The notes under the pieces are model-generated. The model worked only from the letters and a program-made list of their open reading frames with translations. It ran no database searches and was not told the DNA's origin. DNA of 64,000 bases from Eledone cirrhosa. Its lineage: Eukaryota. Where the stretch lies: contig OZ024743.1 of NCBI GenBank assembly GCA_964016885.1, positions 8,432,001-8,496,000 of the forward strand, read 5' to 3'. The translations under genes and the position numbers were made by a program. Shown one piece after another: positions 25,158 to 37,479 of this stretch. The stretch's first letter is position 1. Each line of letters begins with the position of its first letter.

Positions 25158-25295
25158 TATCGGTAGAGGGTTGGATTATGCTTTCCAGCATAGTTACGTC
25201 CCTTTACGATCTGAGGTTAACAGGGGTCGATAAAATAAAGTACCAGTAATGTACTGGGATAATTGCTGGCCTTGTGCCAAAAAGTAGAAACAATT
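25158..25295 (+). mobile_element. SINE A with internal deletion
   Basis: Head and tail present, central B-box region deleted. Confidence 0.8.
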
Positions 25296-25442
25296 AATTA
25301 ATTTATAGACATAAGTAGAATAAAGAATATTTTGACCCTGCAAATTCTTTGGTTTTTGTTTCAACGCACATGCACACTCACACACACATGCACACACACT
25401 AATATCTTTTTCTTCAAATATTTGGTGTAAAATTGTATTAAC

Positions 25443-25640
25443 CCATATCTGGCAGGAATTCTCTCACCTCTTTCTGTTCAAATCGGCTGTAACTTGCCAC
25501 TCATACTGATGTCAAGGTATTGTTCTCAAAATAAATATCAAAATCTCATAGATTCGATATTATGTGAGATAATTATGAGAGGAAAAGCCTTTACTGTGAA
25601 AATATAATAGTAAATACAGAGTAATGGAAATGCTAAAGGG
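25443..25640 (+). mobile_element. piggyBac-type MITE copy 3 (small 5' deletion)
   Basis: Same internal sequence (gaattctctcacctctttctgttcaa...tgctaaaggg). Confidence 0.8.
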
Positions 25641-25691
25641 TTCAATATAAATCGTTTCTCAAGACTTTTTTTCCCCAATCTTGTCATATAG

Positions 25692-25836
25692 AAAAGAAAT
25701 TTGACCCATATAATGTGGAAATATCTCATCTGGACACACTGAAGAACTTCTGTGATATTAAAAATAAAAGATCACAAGAAATGTCGTTATCTGCTGTTTC
25801 CGAAACCCAAGAAACTAAATCTGAGATTAAATCTGA
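25692..25836 (+). CDS. WDR97: WDR97-like exon E
   Basis: catatag acceptor, 145 nt, (E)KKFDPYNVEISHLDTLKNFCDIK...EIKS, donor gtaagt; phase 1-2. Confidence 0.85.
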
Positions 25837-26513
25837 GTAAGTAGACATTAATTAAGGATTTCAAACTTAAAATAATGGCAGTGGAAAATTTCCTCAGAGT
25901 ATCTTCTGCATAAAGAACATATAACTAAGTGTAGACTAATGTGATGCGTTGGAAATAATTTTTTATCAACTGAAACTATAATCATAATGAGAATAAGTGT
26001 TTAGTGTTAATGAAAGTACCTTTGAAAGGGGCTAGGGGAAGAACTTCAAAAATTTCTATTGACCCAAAATTAAATGGAGATCTACAGTGGGAAGTGAGTT
26101 CAATCTGTGGTGACTGTGATGGTAACTTTGGACTTGTTTCAATCTTGTTATACCTCCTCAGCAAAATTTAGTCAACACACAACTAGTAACACTTCAGAAT
26201 AACTAAAAGATCCGATCTCAAATCAATGAATCTCACAGCTGGGTTGATGAATGACCCCAATGAATGGAGGGATGCTGTGCTGGAAAGGACCCATCCAACC
26301 CTTGCAACCATGGAAAAATGGACATAAAACGGTGATAAAAATGATGACATAATAGACAACTATGTATATTAACCCACAGGTTTTTAGATAGATAATCATA
26401 CATATTTCATGTATTAATGTTTAACCCCACCTTTTTAAAAAGCAGTGATAATGACTGTGATAAGCAGTGATAATGATAATGATAGTTGTTTGTTATAAAT
26501 AAGATTAACCTCT

Positions 26514-26680
26514 GAAGGCACATGGCTTAGTGGTTAGAGCATTGGGCTTGCAATCGAAAGGTTGTGAGTTCAATTCTCAGACCGGGGGATGTATTGTTTC
26601 CTTGAGCAAGACACTTTATTTCACATTTCTCCAGTTTACTCAGCTGTAGAAATGAGATGATAGGACTGGAGTCCCTATCA
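26514..26680 (+). mobile_element. tRNA-derived SINE family B (CORE-like centre)
   Basis: A box tggcttagtgg, B box gagttcaattc, tccttgagcaagacacttt; decayed relative near 14850-15030. Confidence 0.75.
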
Positions 26681-27010
26681 TTCCACTGCAAAGTGGTCGT
26701 GGAGGTACCATGGCAAAAAAAGCACCCAGCCCACACTGTAAAGTGGACGTGTAGGGGCCACGGAAAAAAAGCACCCAGCACTCACTGTAAATGAGGTTGG
26801 TGTTAGGAAGGGCATCCAGCTTGCTAGAATCAGTTCCTGTATGAGCAAGACAAGGTCAGCCAACCGGACACTGCCCACAACAGGACAACCCATCTAACCC
26901 ATGCTAGCGTGGAAGAACGGATGTAAAACGGTGATGATGATGATGAAGATTGTCTGTGTATTGTTATAGATTAATTTTCTATGTTGTTAATTCATTTTTA
27001 TCATATCTAG

Positions 27011-27172
27011 ACACTCTGACACTGCCATGGATGAAATCAGCATTCCTACCAAAGTTTCTACATCCACTTCTCATATATCTAAGTCAGAAGAAAAAGAAAA
27101 AACTGCAGTGCCACTGAAGTTGCGCAAAAAACGAGCCCACCTGTTGAGACGCAGACATAAAATGTTCGCTAG
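27011..27172 (+). CDS. WDR97: WDR97-like exon F (Ser/Thr-rich then Arg/Lys-rich)
   Basis: atctag acceptor, 162 nt, (E)HSDTAMDEISIPTK...KLRKKRAHLLRRRHKMFA(R), donor AG|gtatgc; phase 2-2. Confidence 0.8.
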
Positions 27173-27410
27173 GTATGCAGACTTAATTATTAAAGATTTC
27201 AAAATTAAAATAATGACAGAAGAAATTTTTTTCAGGGTGCCTACTGCATAAAGAACTAAGTGTAGGCTACTATGCTTAATGTGATGAGCTGGAAGTAATT
27301 TTTAATCAACTGAAAATGGAATTATAATAAGAAAATAAGTTATTACAGTTAGTGAAAATTGCTCTAAAATGTGGAGTACAAGGTAGAGAACTCATAAAAT
27401 TTATATTAAT

Positions 27411-27631
27411 CCTTTAGAATTTAAACCGTCTGTATTCAGCCAGAATTCTCTCACCTCTTTCTGTTCAAACCGGCTGTAACCAGCCGCTCATACTGATGTT
27501 AAGGTATTGTTCTTAAAATAAATAATATCAAAATTTCATAGATTTGATATTATATGAGATGATTATGTAAGGTAAAGCCTTTACTGTGAAAATACAATAG
27601 TAAATATAGAGTAGTGTAAATGCTAAAGGAT
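27411..27631 (+). mobile_element. piggyBac-type MITE copy 4
   Basis: TTAA-TCCTTTAG ... CTAAAGGA-TTAC, same internal sequence. Confidence 0.8.
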
Positions 27632-27908
27632 TACCAACAAATCAGTTATATACATATAATAGACAGCTATGTGTTACCTATGCATTTTTAGATAGATCAT
27701 CATACATGTTTAATGCATTTCTGTTGTAATTTTACTGTTACTTTTACTGTCACTTTTATAATCAGAAGAACCTGTCTTCTTCCAACTAACAGAGAAGGCA
27801 GTGGTAATAATAGAGATGATGATTTTAGATAATGTACAGTTATTTTATATAAATATGATGTTGTGTTTTATTATAGATGAGTTTTTAATGTTAATTCATT
27901 TTCATTAG

Positions 27909-27983
27909 ATCTAGGCGTTTACTCCGAAGAGTGAGTTTTACCGTGAGAGGAGCACACATTATCATTCCCCAATGGAAAATTAA
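27909..27983 (+). CDS. WDR97: WDR97-like exon G (alternative in-frame acceptor would start at 27915)
   Basis: ttcattag|atctag| tandem acceptors, (R)SRRLLRRVSFTVRGAHIIIPQWKI(K), donor gtaagt; phase 2-2. Confidence 0.75.
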
Positions 27984-28384
27984 GTAAGTAGACTTACATA
28001 TTAATTAAGGATTTCAAAATTGAAATAATGACTGGAAAATTTCCTCAGGGTACCTTCTGCATGAAAAACATATAACTAAGTGTAGGCTACTCTGTTTAAT
28101 GTGAGGAGATGTAAATAATTTTTGATCAACTAGAAATATAATCATAATGTGAAGATAAGAGATAATTGTTAATGAAAGTACCTCTGAAAAAAGCCAGGGG
28201 AAGAACTTCCTAAATTTCTATTTATCAAAAATCAAATGGAGATCTACAGTGGGAAGTGAGTTCAATCTTTGGTGGCTGTGGTGGTAACTATGGACTTGTT
28301 TCAATCTTGTTATACCCCCTCAGCAAAGTTTAGTCAACACACAACTAGCAACACTTCAGAATAACTAACATATTTAATTTTCTA

Positions 28385-28567
28385 TTTTTCTACTTTTGGC
28401 TCAAGGCAGGCAATTTGAAGGGAAGGTGAAAGTTGATTAAAGCGACCCCGTATTAATGAAAGGCAAAGCTAACCTTGGCGGGATTTGAACTCAGAATGTA
28501 AATGGTCATAACTATATGCCACAAAGCATGTTGCCGAATGCTCTACTGATATTGCCAATCCACCGTC
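28385..28567 (-). mobile_element. SINE A
   Basis: Matches the family consensus. Confidence 0.8.
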
Positions 28568-29147
28568 TTATATAATAATGACACCATGATCATCATCATA
28601 ATTTAATACTCATTTCCCATGACTTTCCTATCACTACCCATTTACAGAGTGTACTGGGTGCATTTATCCTGTAGACCACCAACACTAGAAAGGTTGCTGT
28701 GCCCTTGATTCAACTGAAGAATCCTCTTGATCCTTTTTTTTCTCCATGGTTTCTATAGCTGAATGCCCTTCCTATCACCAACCACCTTGCAGGCTGTACT
28801 GGGTGCATTGTTCATGGTAGCAGCATTAAAGGTGCCATTGTGTCATGACAGGATGGTCCTCTCAACCGTTTATGACATTGTTTCTATGACTTGAAGCCTT
28901 TCATAACACCAAGCACTTTATTGGGTGTATTTTTCTTGACACCAGGACTAGAGTGGTTGTCAGTCATTGACTCAACTGAAGAGCCCTCTCAACACTATGG
29001 AGAGGGGTGTAGGATGGGAATAGGATGTGGGATGTAAGTGAAAATGGAAAATTAACTATATGTGCAATTCTGCTTAAACAGACATATAATTACATGCAAT
29101 TGATCTTACCTAATGTGGTAAAGCAAAAATACTTTTTAATCAACTGT

Positions 29148-29781
29148 GAGAGAAGACTACGTTGGTATGGTCACGTGATGCACATGAAAGATGACAGCTG
29201 TATAAAAAAGTGCAGGGCGATCAAAATTGATGAAGTTAGGGAGTAGGTAGACCCAGAGAAACCTGGGACAATTTGATAAATTCCGACCTTACACACTTGC
29301 ACCTCTCTAAGACAATGTCACTGGACCGAGATCTTTGGCGCCACGTAGTAATACAGAAGACCCGCCTTGCCTATGTACAAAGCGAAACCTACAGTCAATA
29401 GGCACCTCTTAACCAAATATACATCCCAACCCACTACCCCTACTCCATCCTCCCACTACCACCAACACCACCCTTTCTCTGTAAAGTTATGTTGGTACCA
29501 CAACATCCAGTCTCCAAACTAATGAGGTCACGTAGGTGTCACGATAAAAAAAACACAGTCCACGCTGTAATGTGGCCGTGTAGGTAACACGGTAAAAAGC
29601 TCCCAGTCCACACTGTAAATGTGGTTGGTGTTAGGAAGGGCATCCAGCCATAGAAAACCTGCCAGATAGTCCTATACAAGCGAGACATGGTCACCCGACC
29701 AAACTTGCCTCAAGTGGGACAATTCCCATCTAACCCTTGCTAGCGTGGAAGATAGACGTTAAACGATGATGATGATGATGA
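29148..29781 (+). mobile_element. 3' end of the same RTE family as 3855-6490, opposite orientation
   Basis: ERRLRWYGHVMHMKDDSCIKKCRAIKID, colinear 3' UTR, (GAT)n tail. Confidence 0.9.
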
Positions 29782-30435
29782 CTACATGAAGAAAAGTGAC
29801 TTTTGTTAGTGAAAATTTATCTCAAAAGTGGCAAAGTAGAGAATACTTAAAATCCAAATCCACCAATATACAGATAGTAGACAACTTGTGCATTTTCAAA
29901 TAGATAATCATACATGCTTTATGTATTTATGAAAAGGAATGTATGTATATAAGATGTGATGTTGCATGGCTGTGAGACATGGCAGGGAATGCAGAGGATA
30001 TGTGAAAGCTGAAGACAAAATGTAGTGTGAATGCTTCATTGGATGTGTCATGTTAGTGTGCATGAATGAAGCAGCATGCTGAACTGAGAGAAAAACTGTG
30101 TATAAGAGGAATCAGATGTAGTCATCATCATCATTCTATGTCCACTTTTCCCTGCTTGCAAGAAAATATTGAAAATTAAAAAGAAAATAATTATAAATTA
30201 GTTATTTCCTTTTGATTGCCTACTTGTCTAATAGAGCTAAGTTTGTAAAGCTGAGATTATAAAGGACTCCATGATGAGAATTAAGCTTGCCATAAGGCCC
30301 ACAATGTTTATCCTTTCCTTAGCAGGGGAAATGACCTTGAAATGCTTGTTATTGTATTTGATTACTTTAAAATCCTAATCATCTGTAACTAACTACATTG
30401 GCAGTCAGTAGGTTAATTCTAATTTTCATTTTCAG

Positions 30436-30506
30436 ATATCTTACACGCTATGGAGAGACAGCTATCAGAAAATGTGATCCAAGAAGGGAAACTACGTTTT
30501 ATACCA
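30436..30506 (+). CDS. WDR97: WDR97-like exon H
   Basis: ttttcattttcag acceptor, 71 nt, (K)YLTRYGETAIRKCDPRRETTFYT, donor gtaagt; phase 2-1. Confidence 0.85.
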
Positions 30507-31600
30507 GTAAGTTTAAATCTTAATTTCCTTGATGAACATTATGATCTTGGTGAAAATAGTCAATATAGTTGATTTGTTTGTTTTTAATAGCTAAATGATT
30601 TTTTTTTTCATCTATAGCCCATATTTTGTAGTCTTCATTTGTGCTTGAAATTTTCTGTATGCATCGAGTTTAGAATACTAGTACATTGTATCTCTATGTG
30701 ACATAAGAGATGACTAAAAGAGTTAGCAGCAAGAAAGGCATCTAGCTGCCTTTGATGAGTATGATACCAACTTTTAGGCCTGCTTTTTTTTTTGTTCTTC
30801 CCTCTTTTATTGTTTTCTCTGTAATGACGGATAATACTGTAGGTTGTACATCATCATCGTCATTTTAACATCCGTTTTCCTTGCTAGCAAGGGTATGACT
30901 AATTTATATTTTGGATATAAATTACTGATGAATTAGAGCATTGGTATTTGTTTTCACTGAGGTTAACTTAGCCTTTCATCCTTTCAAGGTCGATAAAAAA
31001 AGTACCAGTCTAGTACTGGGGCTGATTCTTCCTCTATATCTCTTTCTCATTTCCTCTCTCTCTCTCTCTCTTTCATTCTTTCTCTGGAAGAAATCTGCTG
31101 TACTCAGGGCTTGGAGAGGGATGGGCTCTGCCAGGCTTTAAATGTCCAAGAAACTCTGTATGTCAATACGGTGCCCTATGACTCTAACAGGAGTTACAGG
31201 ACCATACATACATATTTGTTTTCAAACATCTCTATTCCAAGCTCAAATCCCATCAAGGTCAACTTTGCTTGTCATCCTTTTGGAGTCGATAAATAAAATA
31301 CCAGATCAAGCTTGGTGGATTAGTGAAATTATTAGAGAGTCAGACAGAAATCTTTGCAGTTTCTAATCCACATTTGTGCATCCTCAGTTCAAATCCCACC
31401 TCCTGCCAGCAATTGCAACTGGCAGATAGTATCAGCAATGGAAAGACCAATTTGGTCCCATTTCATGATCAAAATTTTTCCTTACCTTTAGATTAGTCTC
31501 CTCTGAGGCATACATTTCAGAGGTAATTATATATATTTCTAATTAACTGTGCCTATCTTTTCTCACTCAAAAACTGTTATTTTTAAAACTTATGTTACAG

Positions 31601-31827
31601 ATTATGGAAAACCTCCACTTTCTTACATCAGTTATTTGCCCCACCAGCTGTATAAGGATCCCTGGGGTAGAAATATCCAGTTTCCTCTGTCAGTATTGGA
31701 GCTGGATCCATTTGATAGTATTCAGGGCAATGAAGAATTGAGACGAAAATATCCCCAACTGATTAGTTTACAAAATATGCGGAAGTATTTCATCCATGCA
31801 ATGTCTTTGGTCTCACCACTTAAATAA
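31601..31827 (+). CDS. WDR97: WDR97-like terminal coding exon
   Basis: ttacag acceptor, (N)YGKPPLSY...IQFPLSVLELDPFD...LISLQNMRKYFIHAMSLVSPLK-stop; resembles the recalled WDR97 C-terminus (LKLPLPRVEPQPFP...LQRYFLP). The nine exons total 1269 nt = 422 codons + stop. Confidence 0.85.
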
Positions 31828-31836
31828 ATATAACAA

Positions 31837-31842
31837 AATAAA
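31837..31842 (+). terminator. Candidate polyadenylation signal AATAAA
   Basis: AATAAA 10 nt after the stop (another overlaps the stop), followed by T/GT-rich sequence; weak evidence in AT-rich DNA. Confidence 0.35.
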
Positions 31843-32249
31843 TATCAATTGATTATGTTCTTTAGTATTTCATTAATTATTGGGAGCACGGCGTATATTC
31901 TTTTTATCATTTGTATGTATTTTATAGAGGGGCAAATGGCTGATATTAGCACCAAAGTTATTTGACTTAATCTATTGATTGCAATACATATAGCTTGTTA
32001 TCTGTTATTAGTGATGTACTGTGTGCATGATCCTAAATTCTCATTGACTTCATCTATCTAAATGAACAGAAACATGAATACAATATAGAAATGTCTAAAG
32101 ACAAACCTTCTTGGCCATCTCAAGTAATTGAAGCCAATTTTTAATAAAAGAGTAAAAAAAGGTTTGTCTAGTAATTCTGGAGAAAAAATCTTGCAAAGGG
32201 AGCTCTGATAGTTTACAGGAAACAACAACAAACAATAATCTCTGTAGTG

Positions 32250-32636
32250 TCTGGAGAGAAATGAAACAAGCATGCTCCGATAGATGTGCAATGTCAATGT
32301 ATGTGAACAACCAAGCATGGACGAGTTGAGAGTGAAACTGTGTATAAGAGAAATAAACTGTAGTGTGCAGGAGAGAAGTCTGCGTTGGTATGGCCATGTG
32401 ATGTGCATGGATGAAGACCACTTGGTGAAGAAGTGCCAAAAAATCCAAGTGGAAGGAAGACGCAGTAGAGGTAGAAAATGAAAAACATGGGTGGAGATGG
32501 TGAAAGCTGACCTCAGATCACTGAAGCTCACAGAGAAGGATAAAGGATCATGACAAATGGAGAGATGCTGTGCTGAAGAGGACCCGTCCAACCCCTGCAA
32601 GCAGGGAAAAGTGAACGTAAAAGAATGATGATGATG
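32250..32636 (+). mobile_element. Older RTE 3' fragment
   Basis: ERNETSML..MCNV..VQERSLRWYGHVMCMDED, (GAT)n tail; similar relics near 700-1120, 11710-12430, 22440-23300, 26680-26945, 28600-28990, 29935-30120. Confidence 0.8.
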
Positions 32637-33704
32637 TCTGTGTTGATGTTGGTGTTGGCTTTTAGCTACTTTCTCTCAGTTTCTTGTATGGGTAGAGTTG
32701 TCTCTTTCTTTTTCTCTCCCATCTTTGTTCAAGTAGAGTCCAGGTAAAAATTCAGTTCCTGAGTGAAAATCCAATGTAGGAATCTGGCGAATTTGAGGGT
32801 CCACGTTATTTCTGTTTACCTTTTGAATGAATCGGATATTATTATTAATATTCGAAAAACTCAGATTACATTTATTGTATTCAGCCATGTAGAGCAATAA
32901 CTATTTGTTAGTTATATATATGCGTGTGTGTGTGTATGTGGGTATATATATATATATATGCAAAAGGCAAACAGAAATAACAAAGCAAATGACACAGTAC
33001 AATGAAGAAATATATTATTAGATTTATGCTTCATCAGAATATAGACTAAGAAATAGAAAGATTGAGGAGATGGGCAGTGGCAGAAACGAAAAGATTTTTT
33101 AGAGGAAAAACAGGTCTATTCGTGTCTATTGGCGTTTTGTGCAAGATAATCTTGTTTTAAAAGGTGGCGATCAAGCATGTCTAGCTGAAAATTAAAAAAA
33201 CATTTTGTATATAGAGCTGTACATGTGCGCATGTGTACAGGTGTATGTGTTAGTTGTTGGTCCGCACAGAGCTGTGAATATATATATATATATATGATGA
33301 TGATGATAATAATAATATGGAGGAGGTGTCAAATTTTCATTACATTTATTGAGGTGTGACACACTTTGCTATATATGTATATATATATATATATATATAT
33401 AGGTTTCATTAAAACAGCAGAAAGCCAGACTGGCGATGTTCCTTTAAAGTTTTATTGTTGCAAAAACACTAATATATTTCAATGGCCTGGTTAAGTAAGA
33501 TCCTGGTGACAAAATCAGGTTTGGATTGCATAATTAGTTATTTCATAAAGGAATTCAGCAAACACAAACACAAATATTTGATTCAGGGACAGCCTGCGAT
33601 CTAGGTGTTATTGTTGTTGCAGCCAATCCCTGAATGGCAAGTTGGTGAATGCAAAGTATTGTGGGTTTGTTGGCCTAGTGTGTGTGTATATATATATATA
33701 CACC

Positions 33705-34100
33705 TTAGCCTTTGTCAAGGCAGAATTCTAGGAGAAGGAAAACTCTGATATAACACCTGCAACTCTGATGGTATCCAATGATGTTAACTTGTTCGTCTTT
33801 TTGGTAAATATCATCTTGGTTAAGAGAGTGGGACTGGCTTTGTGCAGTGCCTTTGCTCACTATAAAAGCTTCACGGCACAGGCATTGCTTTATATCTGGA
33901 GATCTCTCTGCACTTGTCGTGACATGGTACCATGGGCCCAGCACTATGTGTCAATAATTGTCACAAGTGTAGTGTTTGTACCCGAGTTTTCAAGTCGCTG
34001 GCTGGACTGAAAAGTCACACTCGTTTAGCGCATCAGTAGGGGTTCTCCTACATGGATATAAAGTAGTGGCCGTACTCGAAAACGAGTTGGCAGCCACCAT
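33705..34100 (+). mobile_element. RTE/BovB-like LINE 3' fragment with terminal C2H2 finger
   Basis: LCQGRILGEGKL, then CSVCTRVFKSLAGLKSHTRLAH-stop near 33978-34039, short UTR into (TA)n. Confidence 0.7.
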
Positions 34101-34985
34101 GTATATATATATATATGTATGTATATATATATATATATACATACATACATACAAAGAGAGAGAGGGAGATTGGTGAAATCATCGCTGGGTTAAATTTGAT
34201 GTATGACGAGATGGACGAAAATAGCCATGACGTCATCTAAAGGTATATTAAGGCAAATCAGACCGCCAAAATGGTTTTCCTCCTTTTTCACCTAACACGC
34301 ACTGATGATAGACTCAAAGGGGTGCTATATATGGCTGGCCATTTTTAGCTACACAGAAGCCGTCTAATATCTTAACCCCTCTTCACACATGCATTCAGTC
34401 TATCCCACAAATTCTACCACATAAATACATCACAACAAAATACACTTCAAGTTTGTAACTATATTTTCTGTGAACTGTGTAAAGTATTACGATGTAATAT
34501 GGTTTCGTTGCATTCCATGGTTAAAATAAATAGGTTTATCTCCTCATTGGTCCTTATCGCTTGTCCTACTTCAATCACACATCAACACATCCGACACAGC
34601 AAAAAAAAAAAAAATAATAACATTCTTACTAAATATATATATATATACGCGCGCGCGCGTGTGGGGTGTCATAATAACCAATAAGTAGTGAGAGCTTTAT
34701 AATCAGAATATATTACGCATTATACTAGAGATCATCTGGTTTCATATTCAAAGAATTCAATATATTTAAGATAATATATCGCATAATCTGTTTAGTATTC
34801 TACGGGTTCTTTATGTTTACATATCGTTAATTCGAGGAAATACGGGAGATGAGATATACAAGAATTACATATAGCTAATTAATTGATAAAAATAGAGGAT
34901 TAGATACATCAAGGGGGAAAACTTCTGTGTTATGTTTTGAATGTTGCTTCCCCTGATATCCCTGTACTATATAGTGAAATATAGC

Positions 34986-35200
34986 TTTTATTTTTGGCAC
35001 AAGGCCAGTAATTGGAAGGGAAGGGGAGAGGCAATTAAATCGACTTCAGTGCGTTGCTGGTGCTTCATGTTACCGACCCCATAAGGATAAAAGGCACAGC
35101 TAACTCCAGTGGGCTTTGAACTCAGAAAGTAAAGGGACGTAATTATATGTCGCAAAAAATGTTGTCCAACGCTCTACTGATACTGCCAATCCACCGCCCG
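34986..35200 (-). mobile_element. SINE A (longer variant)
   Basis: Matches consensus with extra gaagggaagggg segment; gtgaaatat on both flanks. Confidence 0.8.
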
Positions 35201-35229
35201 TGTATTGTGAAATATTAATTAAAACTTTG

Positions 35230-35800
35230 AATGGATTTCTGACATAAATATTCATCCTCTATACACACACATATTGATGTAAATAATGAAGTGGGCTCAA
35301 TAACTGGGGGGACACCACAACTAACTTTGGCTGAGCTTGATCGTATTCTTGCGATCAGAACATGCTGGGCTCTGTTCACCAGGAAAGATTTAATCCATTG
35401 TAGTAGCTTTACCCAGATTTTGGGTAGCTTCTTCAAAGTGATGCTGTGACGAACCCTGTCAAAGGCCTCGCTGAAATGAAGGTATGTAACATCGAAAGCC
35501 TTTAGGATGTCATCAAAGTGATGCAGAAGCTGCATAAACCTGTCCAAGCCATCGCAGAACCCATTCTGGTTGGAGTTCAAATGCCTTAATGGTATGAGAA
35601 GAGAGCGAGATCGGACGGGAATTCACTGCAAAGGATTTGTTTCCCTTTTTGAAAACTGTGACGACAGACTGAATAGAAAATGTTCAGAAATATAGAGATT
35701 AGCTAGAGGAGATACAAGTTGATGTCGACACTCATTCAGGACACGAGCAGGGAACCTATCCAAGCCTTGTTTACAGATCTTGATGGAGTATGTTTCGCAC
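35230..35800 (-). mobile_element. CR1/L2-like LINE RT relic
   Basis: NQNGF..QLLHHFDDI..DVTYLHFSEAFDRVRH..LLQWIKSFLVNRAQHV..GVP. Confidence 0.8.
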
Positions 35801-36198
35801 ATATATTTATAATAGTATCGACAAATATCTGGGGAAAAAAACATGTCTATTCACGTTGCCATCTCTTGGAAAATTTGATACTGGCGTTGTGTAAGATGAT
35901 CTTGTTTTAAAAGGCGGCGATCGAATACGTCTAGCTGAAAAGGAAAAGAAAATTGTTTTGTATATAAAGTGTGTACGTGTTTATATGTGTTTGTTATTCG
36001 TCCGTACGTAGCTAAGAGTATGTGTGTGTTTGTTGTTAATCTGTATAAGATAGAGAGAGAAAGATATGAGAGACCGGTATGTCGCGGCTGGAATGTCTTT
36101 GATAATAGGTCTCATGGATCAGGGGTGATTTGTAGGAAACTTCAACAGATGCATATTTTCAAGACTAGCGGGATGAAACATTATTTTGACGCTGCTAA

Positions 36199-36381
36199 CG
36201 GTGGATTGGCAGTATCAGTAGAGGATCAGACACCATGCTTTTCAGCATAGTTACGTCCCTTTACGATCTGAGTTCAAATCCCGCCGAGGTTTGATTTTGC
36301 CTTTCATCCTTACGGGGTCGATAAAATAAAGTACCAGTAATGCACTGGGTAATTGCTGGCCTTGTGCCTAAAGTAGAAACA
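36199..36381 (+). mobile_element. SINE A with 19-bp TSD
   Basis: attattttgacgctgctaa at 36180-36198 and 36382-36400. Confidence 0.92.
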
Positions 36382-36454
36382 ATTATTTTGACGCTGCTAA
36401 GATATGAAAATTCAATCCAGAATTGAGAGGAACGAAACCTTATATACATTAACC

Positions 36455-36623
36455 CAGGGACGTCGTAACAGCATTATAGCCCCCCCCCCCCCCCCGGGCA
36501 AAGCAGAGCACTGGGACCCCTACCTACACAACCACTCACAGGAATAAAAAGACAAATGGGCCCCCTATCCTCGTGGGACCCCCGGGAAACTGCCCAGCGT
36601 GCCCATGCGTTAAGACGGCCCTG
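36455..36623. mobile_element. hAT-type MITE
   Basis: TIRs CAGGGACGTCGTAAC / CAGGGCCGTCTTAAC and perfect 8-bp TSD CATTAACC (36447-36454, 36624-36631). Confidence 0.9.
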
Positions 36624-36920
36624 CATTAACCCAACTGTTTTGATAATCTTAAATGTCATAGATTCCAGATAATTATTAATGAAATTGAAATAGTTTTCTC
36701 CTTCCCCTCGTTCGAAGATGTAATGTAAAGTTTTCTCATGATAAACTTCATATATCCTTCTATATTCTCCTATCATGTTTTTGTATCTAGTTTATCACCA
36801 CACACACACAGACCCAAACACGCGCGCATACTTCTCTGTGTGTATGTGTGTGTGTGTGTGTGTGCATGCATATGTGTGTATATAAATAGATATGTATCTA
36901 TATCTATATATCTCTCTCTT

Positions 36921-36968
<48 letters not shown>

Positions 36969-37479
36969 CGTGTGCGTATATAAATATATGTATCTCTCTC
37001 TCTCGCTCTCCCTCTCTCTTTCTATATATATATATATATAAGAATACATTTGTAAATACCTGTACTGAGTGATACATGTTTACATATACGTAATAAAACG
37101 ATGCACATACGTATACTGTATAGCGAATATTCTAGTGGTTAACATTGAAAAGAAAAAAACATATTTTGACACGAATAGTATGTTAGTCTTTCTAAAATCA
37201 GATTAAGCTCTGAAACATTTATTATGACACTAAGTCGATATTACATCATTGGTTTTAAATTTAGTTAGATTATTGTGAATGTTTATTTCTGTTATTCAGA
37301 GTCATTTTTCTATTTACCTTATATTTCTAATGCTGGGAGATGTTTTATATTAAATATTATTTTGTCTTGTTTTCTTCGGTTTTGTTTTAAACAAGCACTT
37401 ATTGTTCTCTTGCGTTATTGAGCGGATAGAGACGTAAAAACATAAGTGACTTGGACAGCAAAGAGAGAGCGAGAGGGAA

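Noticed and set aside
30436-30506. Alternative open frame ILHAMERQLSENVIQEGKLRFIP
   Set aside because: Phases are incompatible with both neighbouring exons.
34302-34330. CTGATGA as a hammerhead core
   Set aside because: No stem II or GAAA follows.
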